Under the pieces are notes generated by a model that was given only the letters and a program-made list of their open reading frames with translations, was not told the origin of the DNA and made no database searches. From Aplysia californica (lineage: Eukaryota): 64,000 nucleotides of DNA. Numbering within the stretch: position 1 is the stretch's first letter; every line of letters starts with the position of its first letter. Positions 13,967 to 27,882 of this stretch are shown here, one piece after another. The stretch spans positions 120,089 through 184,088 of the forward strand of contig NW_004798066.1 of the NCBI RefSeq assembly GCF_000002075.1, in the 5' to 3' direction. The position numbers and the translations under genes are program-made.

Positions 13967-14124
13967 GTCTACTTCAACTACTTACAGAGTTGGATCTACA
14001 TGCTGCAGAGTTTACCAGAGGCTTCACTGGGCATGAAGAGTGCCCTAGAGGAGGAATGGACATTTACCAAGTCCATATGTCCTTTTGTAATGGGAGGAGA
14101 AGCAGAGGCAGGCAAGAAGTTCAG
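13967..14124 (+). CDS. MAP3K4: MAP3K4 exon (VYFNYLQSW...GGEAEAGKKF)
   Basis: ccccag| acceptor, AG|gtgtgt donor, 158 nt, phase 0-2. Confidence 0.93.
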
Positions 14125-14829
14125 GTGTGTTGGTTGCTCCTATGAAGTTATATTAACCCTTCAAGAGGCAAATTTAATTAATTTGCACTGTCCGGTCCCC
14201 AAGACGTGAATAAATTTGATTAATTTGAGAACTTCATGAAAGTTAGGGTGGATCGTGAAAAATGCTTATAACTTCCTTATTTTTAAAGAAAAAAAATATG
14301 AACCAAATATCATTGAACTGGAAATTGATTGAAGAAAAAAACAGGAGATAAACATTTTCTAAACAATACCTTGTCATAGATTTTATTTGTTTGTTTGTCA
14401 GAGAGTCCTTGCCTGTGTGTTAGTCCTGACATTTGGTTGTAAATTTCTCCTAGTCTTAGTGTGAGTTATACAGTCCCAAGCTGCCAACTAACTAGAAAAA
14501 TTGTTTTAGATCGAAAATATATATATATTTACACTGATTTTTAAACATTTTAACATTTTAAGATTTAACTACTGACCCGAGCCAGCCGTACAGTAAACTG
14601 TTGTGAACAAAACTAACTTGTGTTTCGCGCGCTCATATGACCTTATGCAGTTGCGAGTGCCGTAAAACCCTGTACTAAACAAACAAAACAAGCTGCCAAG
14701 GACACAGGGGGAATATATACATCACACTTTTTGCTTTGAAATGCAGTCTGTTTCCTCTTTAATCACCACTATCCAGATAAAATGCATTGAACAGGTTGCA
14801 AACATTCATATTTGCGTCCGTTTCAGATT

Positions 14830-17630
14830 CGACACACATTGTCAATCCTTGTCCTCAGTGTTGGGGTCACTACAGTCAGAACATGTCTATCTCTGCTCTC
14901 CCCCCCCCCACTCTTCAGGATCCATCCCGAGTCTGTCTGCTTACAGTCTCCATCATAATCTGGTTGGAGATCCGTCGGACTGGTCCTCACGGGTGGCTGT
15001 ATTTCCCTTCTCCTCTTTGGATCCCTTTCTCCTTCAGTCTACCTTGGGTGTGGGAACCGATATCTGCGTATTCTTCCTCAAATTTGCCCTACAGGGGTTA
15101 GGACGGTTGGTGGGTCCAGTGTCAAATTCCCTCGCACTTTTACTTCTGCAGCCAGCTTGTCTGCTCTCTCGTTGCCGGTTACCTCTGCGTGGCCCGAGCA
15201 GAAGATCCACTCTCTCCAGGCTGCTCTTCCTGATTGTAGCGTTCCAGTCCGCATACAGCATCCCTTTCTGTACGTTCTGTAGTGTGCTCATAGAGTCAGT
15301 AATGATTACTGATCGCTGATGGCTTGTGTTCTTGATCCAGTGTAGAGCCTCACTTATGGCTTTTATCTCCATACACATACTGGAAGTTGTCAGTGCTTTG
15401 CTTTTTACAACTACCCCATCAACTCTGACACTGAAGGCCCAGCCCGATTTGACTCCTGTTGACTGATCCATCCGTGAAGATCACAGCATCTCCATATTCG
15501 CTGTGCTCTTCTATCAGGGTCTCAATTTCAACGTTTGTAGCTCCAAGTGGCCAGTTGCAACATTCTCTACCCAGTGTGCCTTCACCGTTGTGTACTCTCC
15601 GAGCGCATCTTCCCTATCTTCCCTATTGTAGACCTGCATGTTTGCCGACAATCGTCTGAAATCCGACAATCGCGACCCGACCCGACCCGCGAACCGGCCG
15701 ATGCTATCGCTATGCCTGCCTGTATCAGTCAATGTGCGTAGTGCGAGGCTTGGCCGACTGCCAGCGACCCCTTTTTCTCCTGTCGGCTTCGTCGGCACTT
15801 TCGTTTTCGTGCCGACCGCCAACGCGCGCACCGCCGACTGCCGACGTCTGCGTTTCCGACATAATTGTCGGAACCTAAGTAGAAATGCGAATACGAAAAA
15901 AGACGACAACTTAAATTATCTACTTTCAGTTTCGTGCTCGAGCAGCCATTTTGAATTTCGTTTGTTGACTAATTCAATTGTTCAGATCGTGTGGATTCAT
16001 TCAAGTCCGACTCTCTTGTTCTAATAGAATCAAGATCTAGATCTAGATCTAGATTTATATAGATCATTATAGACCTCAATGGAGGATTCATATTCCAATT
16101 CTATTGTGTCAAACCCTATCATAGGTTGTGCTGTAATATTAATATTGGTAAAAATAAGCATTTCATCAGGTGCGTGAATTATTTATTTATCTAGATCTAG
16201 ATCTAGATCTCGAATCTAGACTTAGCAGAGTCCCTCTGTTCGGAATCGGATGCGGATTTTTAGTTCAAGGCCTATTCCTATTCACTTGTTCTACAAGATC
16301 TAGATCTAGATCTAGATTTATTTAGATTACTAGATCTATATAGTATATGGAGGATTCATATTCCAATTCTATTGTGTTATTGTATCAAACCCTATAGCAA
16401 TGTAGATGTAAGCCATATAGATCTAGAATCTAGAAATCTAGATCTAGATCGAGATCTATTTGCTCCTTGTTTGTTTTGGAGTGTGGTTTTTTAATTAAAA
16501 ATTTTTTTTTTCATTTAGGACTTGTTTTGGCCTTTTTACATGAGGCCCGTTGCAGGTTCTATTTGGGGGTAGGTTAGGGTTAGGTCTCTTCTTTATTGTG
16601 TTTGTTGGGGTGGTCGCTCGTTACCCGGATGTCCTTCCTTATGACACCCACAAAGGGTTTTTTTCGGGGGGGGGGGGGGGATTGCGCAAAATTTTCAGAC
16701 AATCTGGTTGAGGCTCACATGCAGGTCTACTATTGTATAGACGTTAAACAGTACCGGCAAGAGTGCAGATCCCTGTGGTAAGCCTGGTGTGATCTCGGTA
16801 GGTTGCGAAGCCCAGCATCCAAGGCGTAGTGCTATCTTTCATTTGGCTTAGGAACTCGGGACAGGTGACTGTCCAGCCAGTCTTCAGGTATCTACCCTGT
16901 CCACAGGCTTTCATTTAGCCTCTCAGCTAGTGTCATTGTCTGTCCTTCCTCCATGTTCTTCATGTGGCCATGAGGTACTCTGTCAGGACCAGGAGAAGTG
17001 TTGGATGCTTCCTGGATATATTTATGTAACGATTCGTGTGTCACAAATTGTAGACAGGCTTCATCCTTGTTGTCCTGTTGGATCCTGTTGAGCAGCTGTT
17101 TTGTCTTGTCCTCATCTTTCATGTTAGTTTGTCTTAGGTATCTCTTAAACAGAGCATGGCCCTTTTTTTCATCAGTGCGCATCCAAATGTTATCCTCTCT
17201 TTGGAAATCAGGAATAGCTTGTTTGCTCTTCCTATTAGTCATGCACCTGTAGAAGTTCCAGAACTGATACAGGACCCTGCCGCTGTTCACACCCAGGCAG
17301 AAGTTGTCATATGCTAGGTCCTTGGCTTCTTTTGCTGCCTCATCGAGTCTTAGATCTGCTAGCTTTTTCTCAATTTTCAACTGCATGTTTGATCTGTCCC
17401 TCTCGAGTCTTCTCAGCGCCAGGCATTTGATCTTCCACAATGCCTCAGTCTCTTCATTCCACCAGGGTGGCTGCTGTGCCACTACTCTATGCTGTATTCT
17501 GGGTGGCCTGGAGCTCTTTCGTAGTACACTGATGGGGTCGTTGCCTTCCGAGGGGTCGAAGTAGTCTGTTGTTAGGTCTACCAAGACGAGTGCAAGGTCT
17601 ATAGCGCTGTCGGAGTCCCCATCTCTTGTG
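14830..17630 (-). mobile_element. Decayed RNase H-bearing LINE in two pieces (~16800-17630 EN/pre-RT; ~14830-15620 RNase H), separated by unrelated TAGATC-rich DNA
   Basis: PPWWNEE, NTSPGPDRVP, IPEDW...PKP; RNase H motifs IFTDGS, MEIKAISEAL, IITDSMS. Confidence 0.8.
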
Positions 17631-18729
17631 GCTCAGTCTCTTCATTCAGATTTGATTACTGCCTTAGTGACTGATGTAAACAAATTCCTAGACTGTTCTT
17701 TTTCTGTTCCAATGCTGGGTCTAGATTCTTGTTTGGGGCTGGAAATGATAGGAAAATCATCATTGAAAAGAGTTTAACCTAGTTTAAGCCATTTCCAGTG
17801 GTTCCGTACACAAAGTTGGGTCTCAAGTGCTCGTGTTCACGATCGCAACTATAGTAGCTCTGAGGGACAGTCACGGCAACGTGACTATAATAACTCCGAT
17901 AACTTCGCGATGGGTTGTCTTACTGGGGAAATCAAGAGAGTGGCTGAGTACAGTTATAGTTTACAGCTGCCAGTCAGTTTAGTTTTCCTTGTACTTACTT
18001 GTTTTTCTTAACTAAATTATGGATGACACCTCTAAAAGGGTCGGGTATTTTTCATATAAATGCATGAGACAGTAAAACATGTACTTTTTGTTATTGTTTC
18101 TTCTTTGAGGAAAGGTCTGAAAATGCTCTTTGACTTGTGCTCTGAATGAGATTTGTCTTGAAAATGAATTCTGATGGGTGTATTGCTAACTGCTTAATGA
18201 TTGTTTTAAGAGATCAAATTCTGAACAATTAGAAAATGAACGTTTTTAAAATCTTCTTCTTTGTGTTCCCCTGCTATATCTCAGGGGTAGTTGACTGCTA
18301 GTTCTTCAACTTGCAGTGCAACTGATTTTTATGCATGAGACCTTTTTTCCAACTTAGTAGGGCCTCTTGCTTTCAGGCAGCCACATTCTAATTTCGAAGG
18401 TACTCAATGTTTATATACAGACTAGGGTATTTTCAGTTTTCGTAGGAATTGATTTTTAAATTTTGCCCGTATGTTGGCTGAAGCTTACTCTTATCGATTT
18501 TAGTACCACCAAGAGATCTTTTAATATGCACAACTTGGGATTTTTAGCTCTTGTCTGAGAAGGCTAGGTGTTTGATCTTACTTAACGTAAGATCAGGGTG
18601 TAGTTTAAAGACAGCAGTAAGATGGAGCCGAGAGGAACAATACATGTAGAAAGAGTCAGGAGTAAAGTAGAGGAGCCTGGAGTCTGTGAAGGGGGAGGGG
18701 GGGGGAGTAAATGCAATAAATGACTTAAT

Positions 18730-19768
18730 CAGTGCTTCCACTCTTCCGTATTTTTATGGAAATTCGTACTTTCTGCCAGTTCCGTACTTGTTCCTCCATC
18801 ATTATCAACTTCCTACGTAAAAAAACTTCGACAGCGTAGGACTAGATATTTACTGAAATTCCATAGCAAAAGATCCGTACTCGCCTTCGTATCGTCTTGT
18901 ATAAGCTACGGCAATAAGTTAATGTTATAGAGACCTGCAAGATTGCGCATTTCCTGCAATCGGCCATTATTCCGCTATGCCCCATGCGTTCATTGCGGGT
19001 TGGCCGGCAGTACATTTTTACCTGCAGATTGATCAAAATCTGGCGAACTTTTTGTGCCAATTTCCTCCTTTCAATTATTCACTTATTCCGTCTGTCTATC
19101 TTCGGACTGTTGCAGGGGCTGGAAAATATGCGCGTTGATCAAATAAATTGACTTGTGATCTTAGACGGAAAATTACCTTCAGAAAGAAACTTGTTTGCAA
19201 ATTTATTGTCTAGATCTGGAGAAATTATCAATGCAAAGATTCAATGGCATGGGAACGCGATAAGGGCCGCGATGAAATAAATTATGCTAAAACTACTAAA
19301 ATCAAGAATAATTCGAAGTGGTGTTCCGAGATTGTGACATGCAAGATTCAGAAGTGAAAATTGTGGAAAATTAAGGTATACGCTGGGTAACTGTATTGTG
19401 AAGGTGCCTAACTATTCATTATTCCCAGGTTTGCCTTCTATCAATCGTGCGATGACAAATTAATTGAATTATAGTAGCAATGGAAGGGGAACCTGCTTTT
19501 AAACATTGCCAGCAATGGAAAGATATGTAGGTGAAAAAATCAAACAAGACGAAATGTTGGCGAACAAATAAATGTTATGGGTTGTAGGCAATCTCTTCAA
19601 ACAGGCTCCCAAATGCCATTTTGAACCCTCTAAAAGCACTAGATTTCTATTTCTTCGGGGGGCAAAGCCCCCTGAACCCCCACCGGGACTCTGTCCCTGG
19701 ACCCTGCGGCCTCTGCGACCCCCGGCAGAATTTTCTTTACTTTTCAGCTTCAGCTGGTGGAAGCACTG
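18730..19768. mobile_element. Non-autonomous CAG-ended DNA element (hAT-like) with 5-bp TSD
   Basis: 12-bp TIR CAGTGCTTCCAC, TTAAT on both sides; second copy at 1127-3742. Confidence 0.82.
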
Positions 19769-19974
19769 TTAATAGAAGCAGACGACAAAACTTGTCTGGA
19801 GAACAACAAAAGAGGTGAAATGAGACAATTCCAGAGAAGAAAATTATTCTGTCGCTCTGAGGCAGGTTTTGAACATGGGAGGGACCTATTGAATGAGAGG
19901 CAAGCACCATACCTCTAGACCACGAGAGCTCCCGTACAGCTTTATCAGTAATAGAACGATTTTCATTTTTACAG

Positions 19975-20157
19975 TGCCCTAGCCAGCAGCCTACTCAGCT
20001 CCATTGCAGACTTTGTAGATACTGGTATTGATGACAATACCAGAAACCTCTACGATGACGATTTCCCAGAGGAGGATTGTGATGAAGAGGAAGATGAGGG
20101 AGATGAAAATGACAACATAGACAATTTCAAAAGAGAACAAAAAATGGCAGACATGAA
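19975..20157 (+). CDS. MAP3K4: MAP3K4 exon (ALASSLLSSIADFVDTG...acidic tract...MADM)
   Basis: tttttacag| acceptor, |gtgagt donor, 183 nt, phase 2-2, open frame. Not in the ORF track. Confidence 0.88.
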
Positions 20158-20548
20158 GTGAGTATTGTGAAATGATTATGCAGACTTTTGTATTTTTTAT
20201 TTGTTGCTGTATTGTTTTAAAGATTGCTTCTGTATTTTTTACAAACAGGTAATAATAATGATAATAATTACATTCATATAGCACATAACTACGCTCTACA
20301 GTATGTACTTGGTGCTTAATAATTATTATTACCTTACCCCAGCAAGCCCTAGAACACTCAGAAACATTCTCTGGCAAGCAGCCGATTAAACGCTCAAACA
20401 CTAACAGACTGACAAGATCTTTTGCTCTTTATAGCCTGTTACCCATTCAACAGCTCAAAAGCACTAGCATTTGCTTATAGTTGCCCAACAGCACTTGTAT
20501 TTGCTTATAGTTGTACTAATGAAATATTTCCCTTTCTTTCTTCTCTAG

Positions 20549-20648
20549 ACAGAATGTTCAAGGGATTCTCCGAAACTTCAAAAACTTGTTCAACGAAGCC
20601 CGAGAAAGAGCATCTAAAGCCCTTGGCTTTGCAAAACTACTAAGGAAA
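20549..20648 (+). CDS. MAP3K4: MAP3K4 exon (QNVQGILRNFKNLFNEARERASKALGFAKLLRK)
   Basis: ttctctag| acceptor, |gtatgt donor, phase 2-0, strongly conserved MEKK4 motif. Confidence 0.95.
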
Positions 20649-20836
20649 GTATGTACATTTCGGACCATGTGTTTGAACTATCCTTGAATTTCAGGGAATA
20701 GTGGGCTTTTATAGAATCATTTGTTTTTGTGTTACTGCATGTGCTGCTGAGTTGAGGATATGTGCATAACCAGGGCTGGCCACCATTACAAATTTGGTGG
20801 AAGCATCATGATTTTTTTTCCAGTGTTGTGAAGATA

Positions 20837-22330
20837 TACTCAGAGGCAAAGAAATGCACAATTTTCATCATCTTTAAAGCATTCCATTAGTGAATACTGT
20901 TTACATGTTCCATTGAGGCATGGTCTGAACCAGCTTGATTTGCCTCATTTAAAAAATGTAATTCACTGATTTGTCGTTTCTGCAACAAACAACTAAACAA
21001 CTACCACAGCTCATGGGTACTCACTTGCCACATCATTCAAGTAGTAAGTTGTGTTCATGAGGGTATGTAGGCCTAACCTATAAATTTGAAGCGTTGAAAT
21101 GCGTAATTCAGTTGAAAACGAAAGCAGTATCAAGATGTCAAGACTTTCTTCAGAAAACCGTGAGGGAGCTATTGGACAACCACATACTGGCGAGTCTGCT
21201 TGACATATGGCAACTATAACAGGCGTGCACGTTTCCACCATCTACAGACTACAGAACATTTCGAGCCACCAACACGACAAGTGATCTCCCTGAGCCGCAA
21301 GACCAAAGACGACAACTGCAGCTCAGGATCGCCTCATGGTGCGCCAATACAGTTCCTGATAGCCACTGGGACCACTAAGAACACCATTGGACAAACAGTA
21401 CGGGCCCTGTGTACCAGAATTGTGCGGCGGAGATTGCACTCCACAGGCATTCGGTGCAGACAGCCATGTAACAAGACAGTTTTGACTCCTCCTCAGCATC
21501 TCTGTGACCAGCTTCTGTGGATACAAGCTCTCCTGAACAGGTAGAACAGACAATGGAGAAGGGTGCTATTCACTCTCGGGAGCAGATTCTTCGCTCATCC
21601 CACAAATGGGCGCACCTGTGTATGGCGCACAGACCTGACGTGCTGCGCTGATACCAACAATGTGGAGAGCGACCCTTGGGGACGGCCAAGCAGGAGTCAT
21701 CGCCCTAAATCAAAGAATTGGACCCGTTTCCTTTTAGAATGTGGGTCAGGGACAAGGATATGGGGTCACAGCTCAGCGCTAGATTGACCTAGTTTTTCAG
21801 ACTCATATGGTGTTCTTTTTTCAGATGCTTCCAAATTTCTTTTTCCGCCAAGGCAACGCAAAACCACATACTGTCCTCCTAACACAGCAGTTCTTGGGCA
21901 GATCAACATCAGTCATTTACCTCATCCGGCTCGTTCACCTGACGTATACCTCATTGAGCACGTCTGGGGCGCTATCCAGAGGCAGGTCAACCAGCTGCAA
22001 CCAAGATCATGGATAGCCCCTCAATTGGCTGCAGCCTCCGATCACTGTGGGCACAGATCTTTGGTCGATAAATAAATGCTCTTGTGAAATCCATGGGGAA
22101 TGGTTATTGCAGCCAACTGAGGTCACACAGGCTACAGGCTTTCAGTCCCAAGGTCACGGTCTCAAAAATAACAGTGACGCTTAAAACACACCTAAGCTCC
22201 CATTTATTGACACTCTCGTTGCTGAGTAAATTAAACAAATTTGAATTTCATTTACTCATGACAAAGTCCTGTGGAGAGAAATGTGTTTTGCTGATGCTTT
22301 AGTTATTCACTTTTCTTTTGCCTATAAGTA
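20837..22330 (+). mobile_element. Decayed Tc1-family transposon with transposase pseudogene (~21135-22130)
   Basis: TA-flanked imperfect TIRs (TACTCAGAGGCAAAGAAA / TACTTATAGGCAAAAGAAA). Degenerate motifs WRRVLF...SRF, FRQGNAKPHT and SPDVYLIEHVW, with stops and frameshifts. Confidence 0.85.
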
Positions 22331-24461
22331 TACAATCACAACACCCCGAATTCCAAAGCTGCCATTTTCTACAGATTTTTCTGGTATTTACAGATTTTGG
22401 ACTTATTCTACTGTCGTACCGAAGGTGCCTAAACCGCCGAATTTACAATGGGCTCCTGAGATTTTTAAGATTTAAAAGAAATGGATGACCTTATTTGGGC
22501 TTTTTTTATTATGTATGCCAAATAAGTACTCCCCTTATTTAGGCTGTATATAGCCCAAATAAGGTAACTACCCTCAGGTAAGCTTATACCATGGCGCACC
22601 GGCAGTGGAAGTTTAGTTGCAGCAGTGGGGTTCCCTGCGGAGCCCCTTATCACGTCCGGGTTACGGGGGTCAGCTCCTTCTCACCGCTCTGTCTTGGCTG
22701 ACTTAATTTTTGGTACTTTTCAACGTACAGTTTTAGGTGTATCCTTGTATTTATGGTAATTATAATTTAATGCACCCAAAGCATGCATTTTTGCTCTTGA
22801 GACTAAAAAAAAGAACGGACATTGTAACTTGTCTGGTTATTTCGTTAGACGTGCTGAAGTCGGCAATGCTAAATTGTAACATTTTTTGGATAAATGTGAA
22901 TAAAAAACAACAACCAGTATTTAAAAAACGGCGTGACAAAAATTGTTGAAGTTTTGGAACATGAACAACATTACATTGATGGAGATACTCAGAAAGCTGT
23001 AATTTTGCAACTTGATCCATCCGGCACACAATTCGCAATGAAGTAATTCCTCCAAATACATCATGTGTCTAATATAATCGAAATATTAGCATATTTTCTC
23101 GAAAGTTTATAAAAATTACCCTGTAGTATCTCTGAAGAAGTACAAATCCATTTTAGTGCCAGAATACATCTACATTACGAACGATCAGTGTCTGTTACAC
23201 TCCTGAAACTCCTTACTTTTCTTAAAACGCTAAGAATAACAGGGATGACTTCTCGTAATTGGGTTATAAGAATAGTTTCTAGCTTTCAAGTGACACTGAA
23301 TCAGCACCAGACTTTTTCCAGCTTTTATTTTCATTCTGTAACCATTAACAATAACTAACAGTGTTCTGATTTCTTTACGTTCATATGTCCGTGCATATTT
23401 CCGACACAAAAACTAAGAGTGAATGTGTTAGTTGTCATTATTTTTATTCCATACAAGAAGTTTATCTCTTCCCATGTATTTACACAGTTTTTGGGGGGTT
23501 TTTAAGTCACGTAATATATCTTTCGTAGTTGTATGCAGGATGCCCCAGACACAGCATGGTTCATGAACAAACGCAGAGAAACTTTCTCTTGTTTAATGGT
23601 AAAACAAGAGCTAACACTGAGTGTCTTTTGTCAAAAAATGCAGATGTGCATCTTTCTTCTCTAATAACTTAAACAATCTTTTATTCATAAGTAAATAAAT
23701 AAAGTGGGACAAATTGGGCACTCTACAAACACTTGTCTAGAACAAGAACTAAGGCACAGAAATTAATCATTTCTACACAAAATTTATCACAAGACATTGA
23801 GCTTTTAGTACATCAGTGTAATGGTTTGCTATGTGGGGAAGAAGTTATATCGTTTCAAACATAGACAAAAATGCGAACTTCTTAAACGACACCGGCAAAG
23901 TCACTTCAGGGCTCACTAACCCCGTGACCCCTTGAGTCACATTTACTAAAAGTAACAGACTTGGGCGAAAAGCGACGCCGTGATACGCCTCTGCCGGGGT
24001 GGTTAAAAACTTTGATGAACATTTAATTTCAAAGTTCATAGTTTAATACATAGCAGCAGAGCTGGGGCTGTACAACAGGATGACTGGTGACTGAAAGGCT
24101 GAATTTGAGTAAAATCGCGGGGACACTGGAAACAGCCCGAGAATTTAAGGGTGTCACTGATTAACAAATGAAAAAAATAATTGTACTCCAAACTTTTGAA
24201 TACTTGTCCTAATATGGTCTATTAGTTCAATTTTTTCTGGTCGTATTCGCAGCGTTTGTTTGTTACACTAGCAGGTGTAGCGCAAGTTTAGGTTCAGGTG
24301 TCATATCAAGGCTCAAAATCTCCTACAATTTTCGTAGTTGCTCAAATATTTAACTTTTTGAATTTTGTCAATCAGTCTGACAATTGTAGATTTTACAGCT
24401 CTTGCCAGATGTCTTCTGCATGATCATAATTATTTATACTGGTTTTGTTTGCTACCCGCAG

Positions 24462-24545
24462 GACTTGGAAATAGCTGCTGATTTCAACATCACTGTGACC
24501 ACTAAAGAGCTTCTGACCAAACTAATGGAAACAGACCATGTGCAG
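24462..24545 (+). CDS. MAP3K4: MAP3K4 exon (DLEIAADFNITV...DHVQ)
   Basis: ccgcag| acceptor, CAG|gtaact donor, 84 nt; continues LRK-DLEIAA. Confidence 0.93.
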
Positions 24546-25053
24546 GTAACTTTCTCTGCAACAACATCAAAATAAGCCAAAGAAGGGTAGATGGATCTGT
24601 TGTATTTTTTATAATATGGGGTGGGGGGGGGGGGGTTGTTACTTATGCACTAGGAAGTTTCTCACTCATACCAGGAAAGCAGGAAAAAGCTAGGAAGAAC
24701 ATAATACATAATGCAGTGCTGAATTTGATATTAATATTACAAGAGGATGTAGTTTTCAATAGGTTTATAAATAAAAATTATATTTTTGCCGGGACACAGG
24801 AACTCTATGCAAAGTTTCATGCACGTTTGTAAGTTGGTAAATGAGCTAGAATTTTTTTAAGAAGGGCAGATGAAAGTGGACAAGCTTTAGTGTTGGGTAA
24901 CATTGTGTAAAATGGATATGCCATGTACGGCACATATGGCCCTAGGCTCTAGAGGGTTAAATGGTGTAGATTGTAATAAGTGTTCAGACTTTCAATGTGA
25001 TCCGTGATTTGCAAGTCAGCTCCGAGACACCTAATAAGTATTTTTTTCTGCAG

Positions 25054-25314
25054 CTGGTGGCCCCGTTGAGTGCCGGCTACATGATGTTTGTCCCCAGCAG
25101 CATCATCTCCAATGAGCGTCTGATCTACCAACTGCTGAATGTGACCTCGGGGCGAGAGGGTGCCACGGAGCTGACGGCAAAGGAAGAGGGCTACCTGCTG
25201 ATGATGCGTTGTGAAAGTGGCACGGACCAGGTCAAAGAGTGCCCGCGGTGGCCTGGCCAGCCTGTGCATGTGGAGCCTACCGCTGAGACGGCCATCGCTC
25301 TCTCCCACATAGAG
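25054..25314 (+). CDS. MAP3K4: MAP3K4 exon (LVAPLSAGYMMFVP...ALSHIE)
   Basis: ttttctgcag| acceptor, GAG|gtcagt donor, 261 nt, phase 0-0. Confidence 0.92.
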
Positions 25315-25833
25315 GTCAGTGATATGGTGGTTTGGGCTGACTGACCACATTTTCTTATAAAAGTATTCATGATACCAAATAAGACTTTTAACCCTCCTCG
25401 CCCATCGTGACTAAAAAAGGGAACAGTCCGCTTGAAAAATTCTTTTACTCAGCAATGTGGCTAGCCAATTGCGTGAGTCGCCAGTGTTATCTTCATTCAT
25501 TGTATCCGACATGTTTTCATGTGGCCATAGCTGATGTTAGCAGAAATGACATCATGCACTTACTCCCCCCTCATTGTACAAGGTGACCCAAAAGTAGACC
25601 AGACATTTTATATATATGAATAAAATGTCGTCACCCAAAAGTAGACATTCTATATAGTAAAAAAGTCATACATTTTGAAACAAAACTGAACGTTTAAGTA
25701 CAATTATGTTGACCGATCAATGCACATTAACCCTGATATGGGAACTTGTAGGTTGGCTTCCCCTCTAGCCAAATGATTATCATTGTGTTGGAATTCTTCT
25801 CTTTACCTCAAAGAAACAAATAAATCTCCACAG

Positions 25834-25983
25834 GTGATGGGTCTATTGTTTGTAGTAACCCACTCCGGCACCCTGGCTAATCAGAGGAAGTACTTTCAAA
25901 ACAGTATGGGTAGCTGTTTGCAGCTGGTTAATGAACAGACCTCCTGCCATCAGTCCATCGCTGAGTCACTCTCAGAGTTAAAG
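25834..25983 (+). CDS. MAP3K4: MAP3K4 exon (VMGLLFVV...EQTSCHQSIAESLSELK)
   Basis: ccacag| acceptor, AAG|gtaaga donor, 150 nt. Confidence 0.92.
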
Positions 25984-26928
25984 GTAAGACCATCTGGTTC
26001 TATTGGGTTAGCTGTGTGAGGGCTGACATGCTCTTCTATTGATGGTTGTTTGGCAGTGACAATGGGAATATAGCCTTTTGTGGCTTCTCGTGTAGCTATT
26101 GTCTATTTTTTAAGTGACACTTTCTGCTGAAGATAAGTTAGAATTTGTTTCATTTTTGTATATTGCTCAAATTCCATTGATAATTGCTCTGAAGAATGGG
26201 CTATTTCATCTACAGGTGTCGTGGGGGGGGGGGGGTTTGCTCCTGTCTCTGTTCTTTCTTTGTTACTGTCTAGGTCTTTTTGATGTTGAATGCTGTTTCT
26301 TCCATTGGTATCATGCTGGTCTATAATGCGAAAGACGCTTCTTCAGATCTGAATGGGTGATCTTAGACTTGGATTGTTAAGTTTTCGTGGTTCTCCATCC
26401 TCTTTGCTCTGTTCCTTTGGAGATACATGTTAATCACTGGGTCTCTTGCTTTGTCTTGAACAGACCTGCAACTCATCCCAATTGAATCGGGATATCCCGA
26501 ATTTTTGCCCCAAATCTCAAGCATCCCGATTTACCCGATTTCGCTCGTGTGTATACTGATTTTTTTTTTTTCTCTGTTACGTCTGATTCGTTTAAAAAAA
26601 CGAAAAAACATGCAACTTTTTCTTCTATCTCTTTTGCTTGGAAGTACCGAATAAAACATCAGTGCAGGATCTAGTACATGACTCGCACATGCATTTTAAA
26701 TAAAATCTTATCAATTTGGAATCCTGTCTTAGATACTCTGAAGATCTACTTTTGTTACCCCCTCCTTTCCTGCTTTCTAACCATGTTCTTTCTGCCGTCT
26801 TCTTTTGTCTCCACATTCTGCCCCCTTTTGCCCCCTTGCCCCCCTTCCTCTGGGCTCCTGGCTTTGCTCTCCTTGGCTTCTTCTTACTGCTGTCTTTTAA
26901 CCAGGTAAGATCCAACACCTAGACTTAA

Positions 26929-27882
26929 AGGATAAAGGCAAAAAAATCTCGGAGGTCCTGTGTACAAGTTGTGCTTAAGTCCACACTCTACTTTGTAGGA
27001 CCAAAATCTACAATTAAGTGATTTTTACTTGTTTTTTCTCATTTTCTCAAAGTAGTCCATTCAAGGATTAAAAATAATCAGTTTTGAAAATCAGTATCAT
27101 TTAAATAAACACTGAAATGGCAAATTAGAGTGAAACTGAGCTATCTGATGGACTATTTTCAAAAGCTGAAAACTCAAAAACCATTCGTGCTGTCTATGAA
27201 CTGATGACATATTTGTAATCTGCATACAAATGTTGAGAAAATTATGCTAGCTTTTCTTGAAATTGTAAATAGTAATAATTTTATTACTTTTATAATAATA
27301 TAAGCAAATGTCCACCATATTGGATAATTTCATCAAATTTCAAAAGCAATCTTTTCTCTTATTTTTCGTCCGTTGGCTTTCATTTTTAGTAAGTACAAAC
27401 TACAACACCTATGTAATGAACGAATAATGCTAGATTTTTAATATTACAACTATGAAAATAATTATGGACTGAAAATATGTACTATGGACAAATAGCAAAA
27501 AACCTCGAAATTCCCAACAAAAACACTGTAACTTTATTTTCTTATTATCTTCTAAAAAGGCTCTATTTCAGTAAAGGTCTCCTATGAACGCACATTGTGT
27601 AAAAATATGGGGCCATTCAGATGAAAAATAATGGAGAAGACGTAATTTGAAATTGGAAAAATAAATATTTGAAAAAGAAAATGAAGAAAATATTTTAAAA
27701 TAAGACCCTCAATTTGCAAATTATTTTTTAAAACCCATTTTTACTTAACTTCTGAACATAATTGATTGAAACGGGCGCTTGAAACTTCGAAGGAAATGGA
27801 TGTAGGTCTAAAAAAATGGAGGAAAATAAATTGCATAGTCATCCTGGGTCAACATGGGGAAAATTTTACCCCACAGATGGCT
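26929..27882. mobile_element. Possible Kolobok-like non-autonomous element
   Basis: TTAA|AG ... CT|TTAA termini around an AT-rich non-coding interior; TIR match very short. Confidence 0.35.

Noticed and set aside
15514-16024. Overlapping GC-rich ORFs on both strands
   Set aside because: No recognisable domain; built from short CCGAC repeats typical of TE subterminal DNA.
23886-24002. Possible ~120-bp TTAA-flanked MITE
   Set aside because: The TIR match is only about 11 of 14 and offset by one base, too weak to call.
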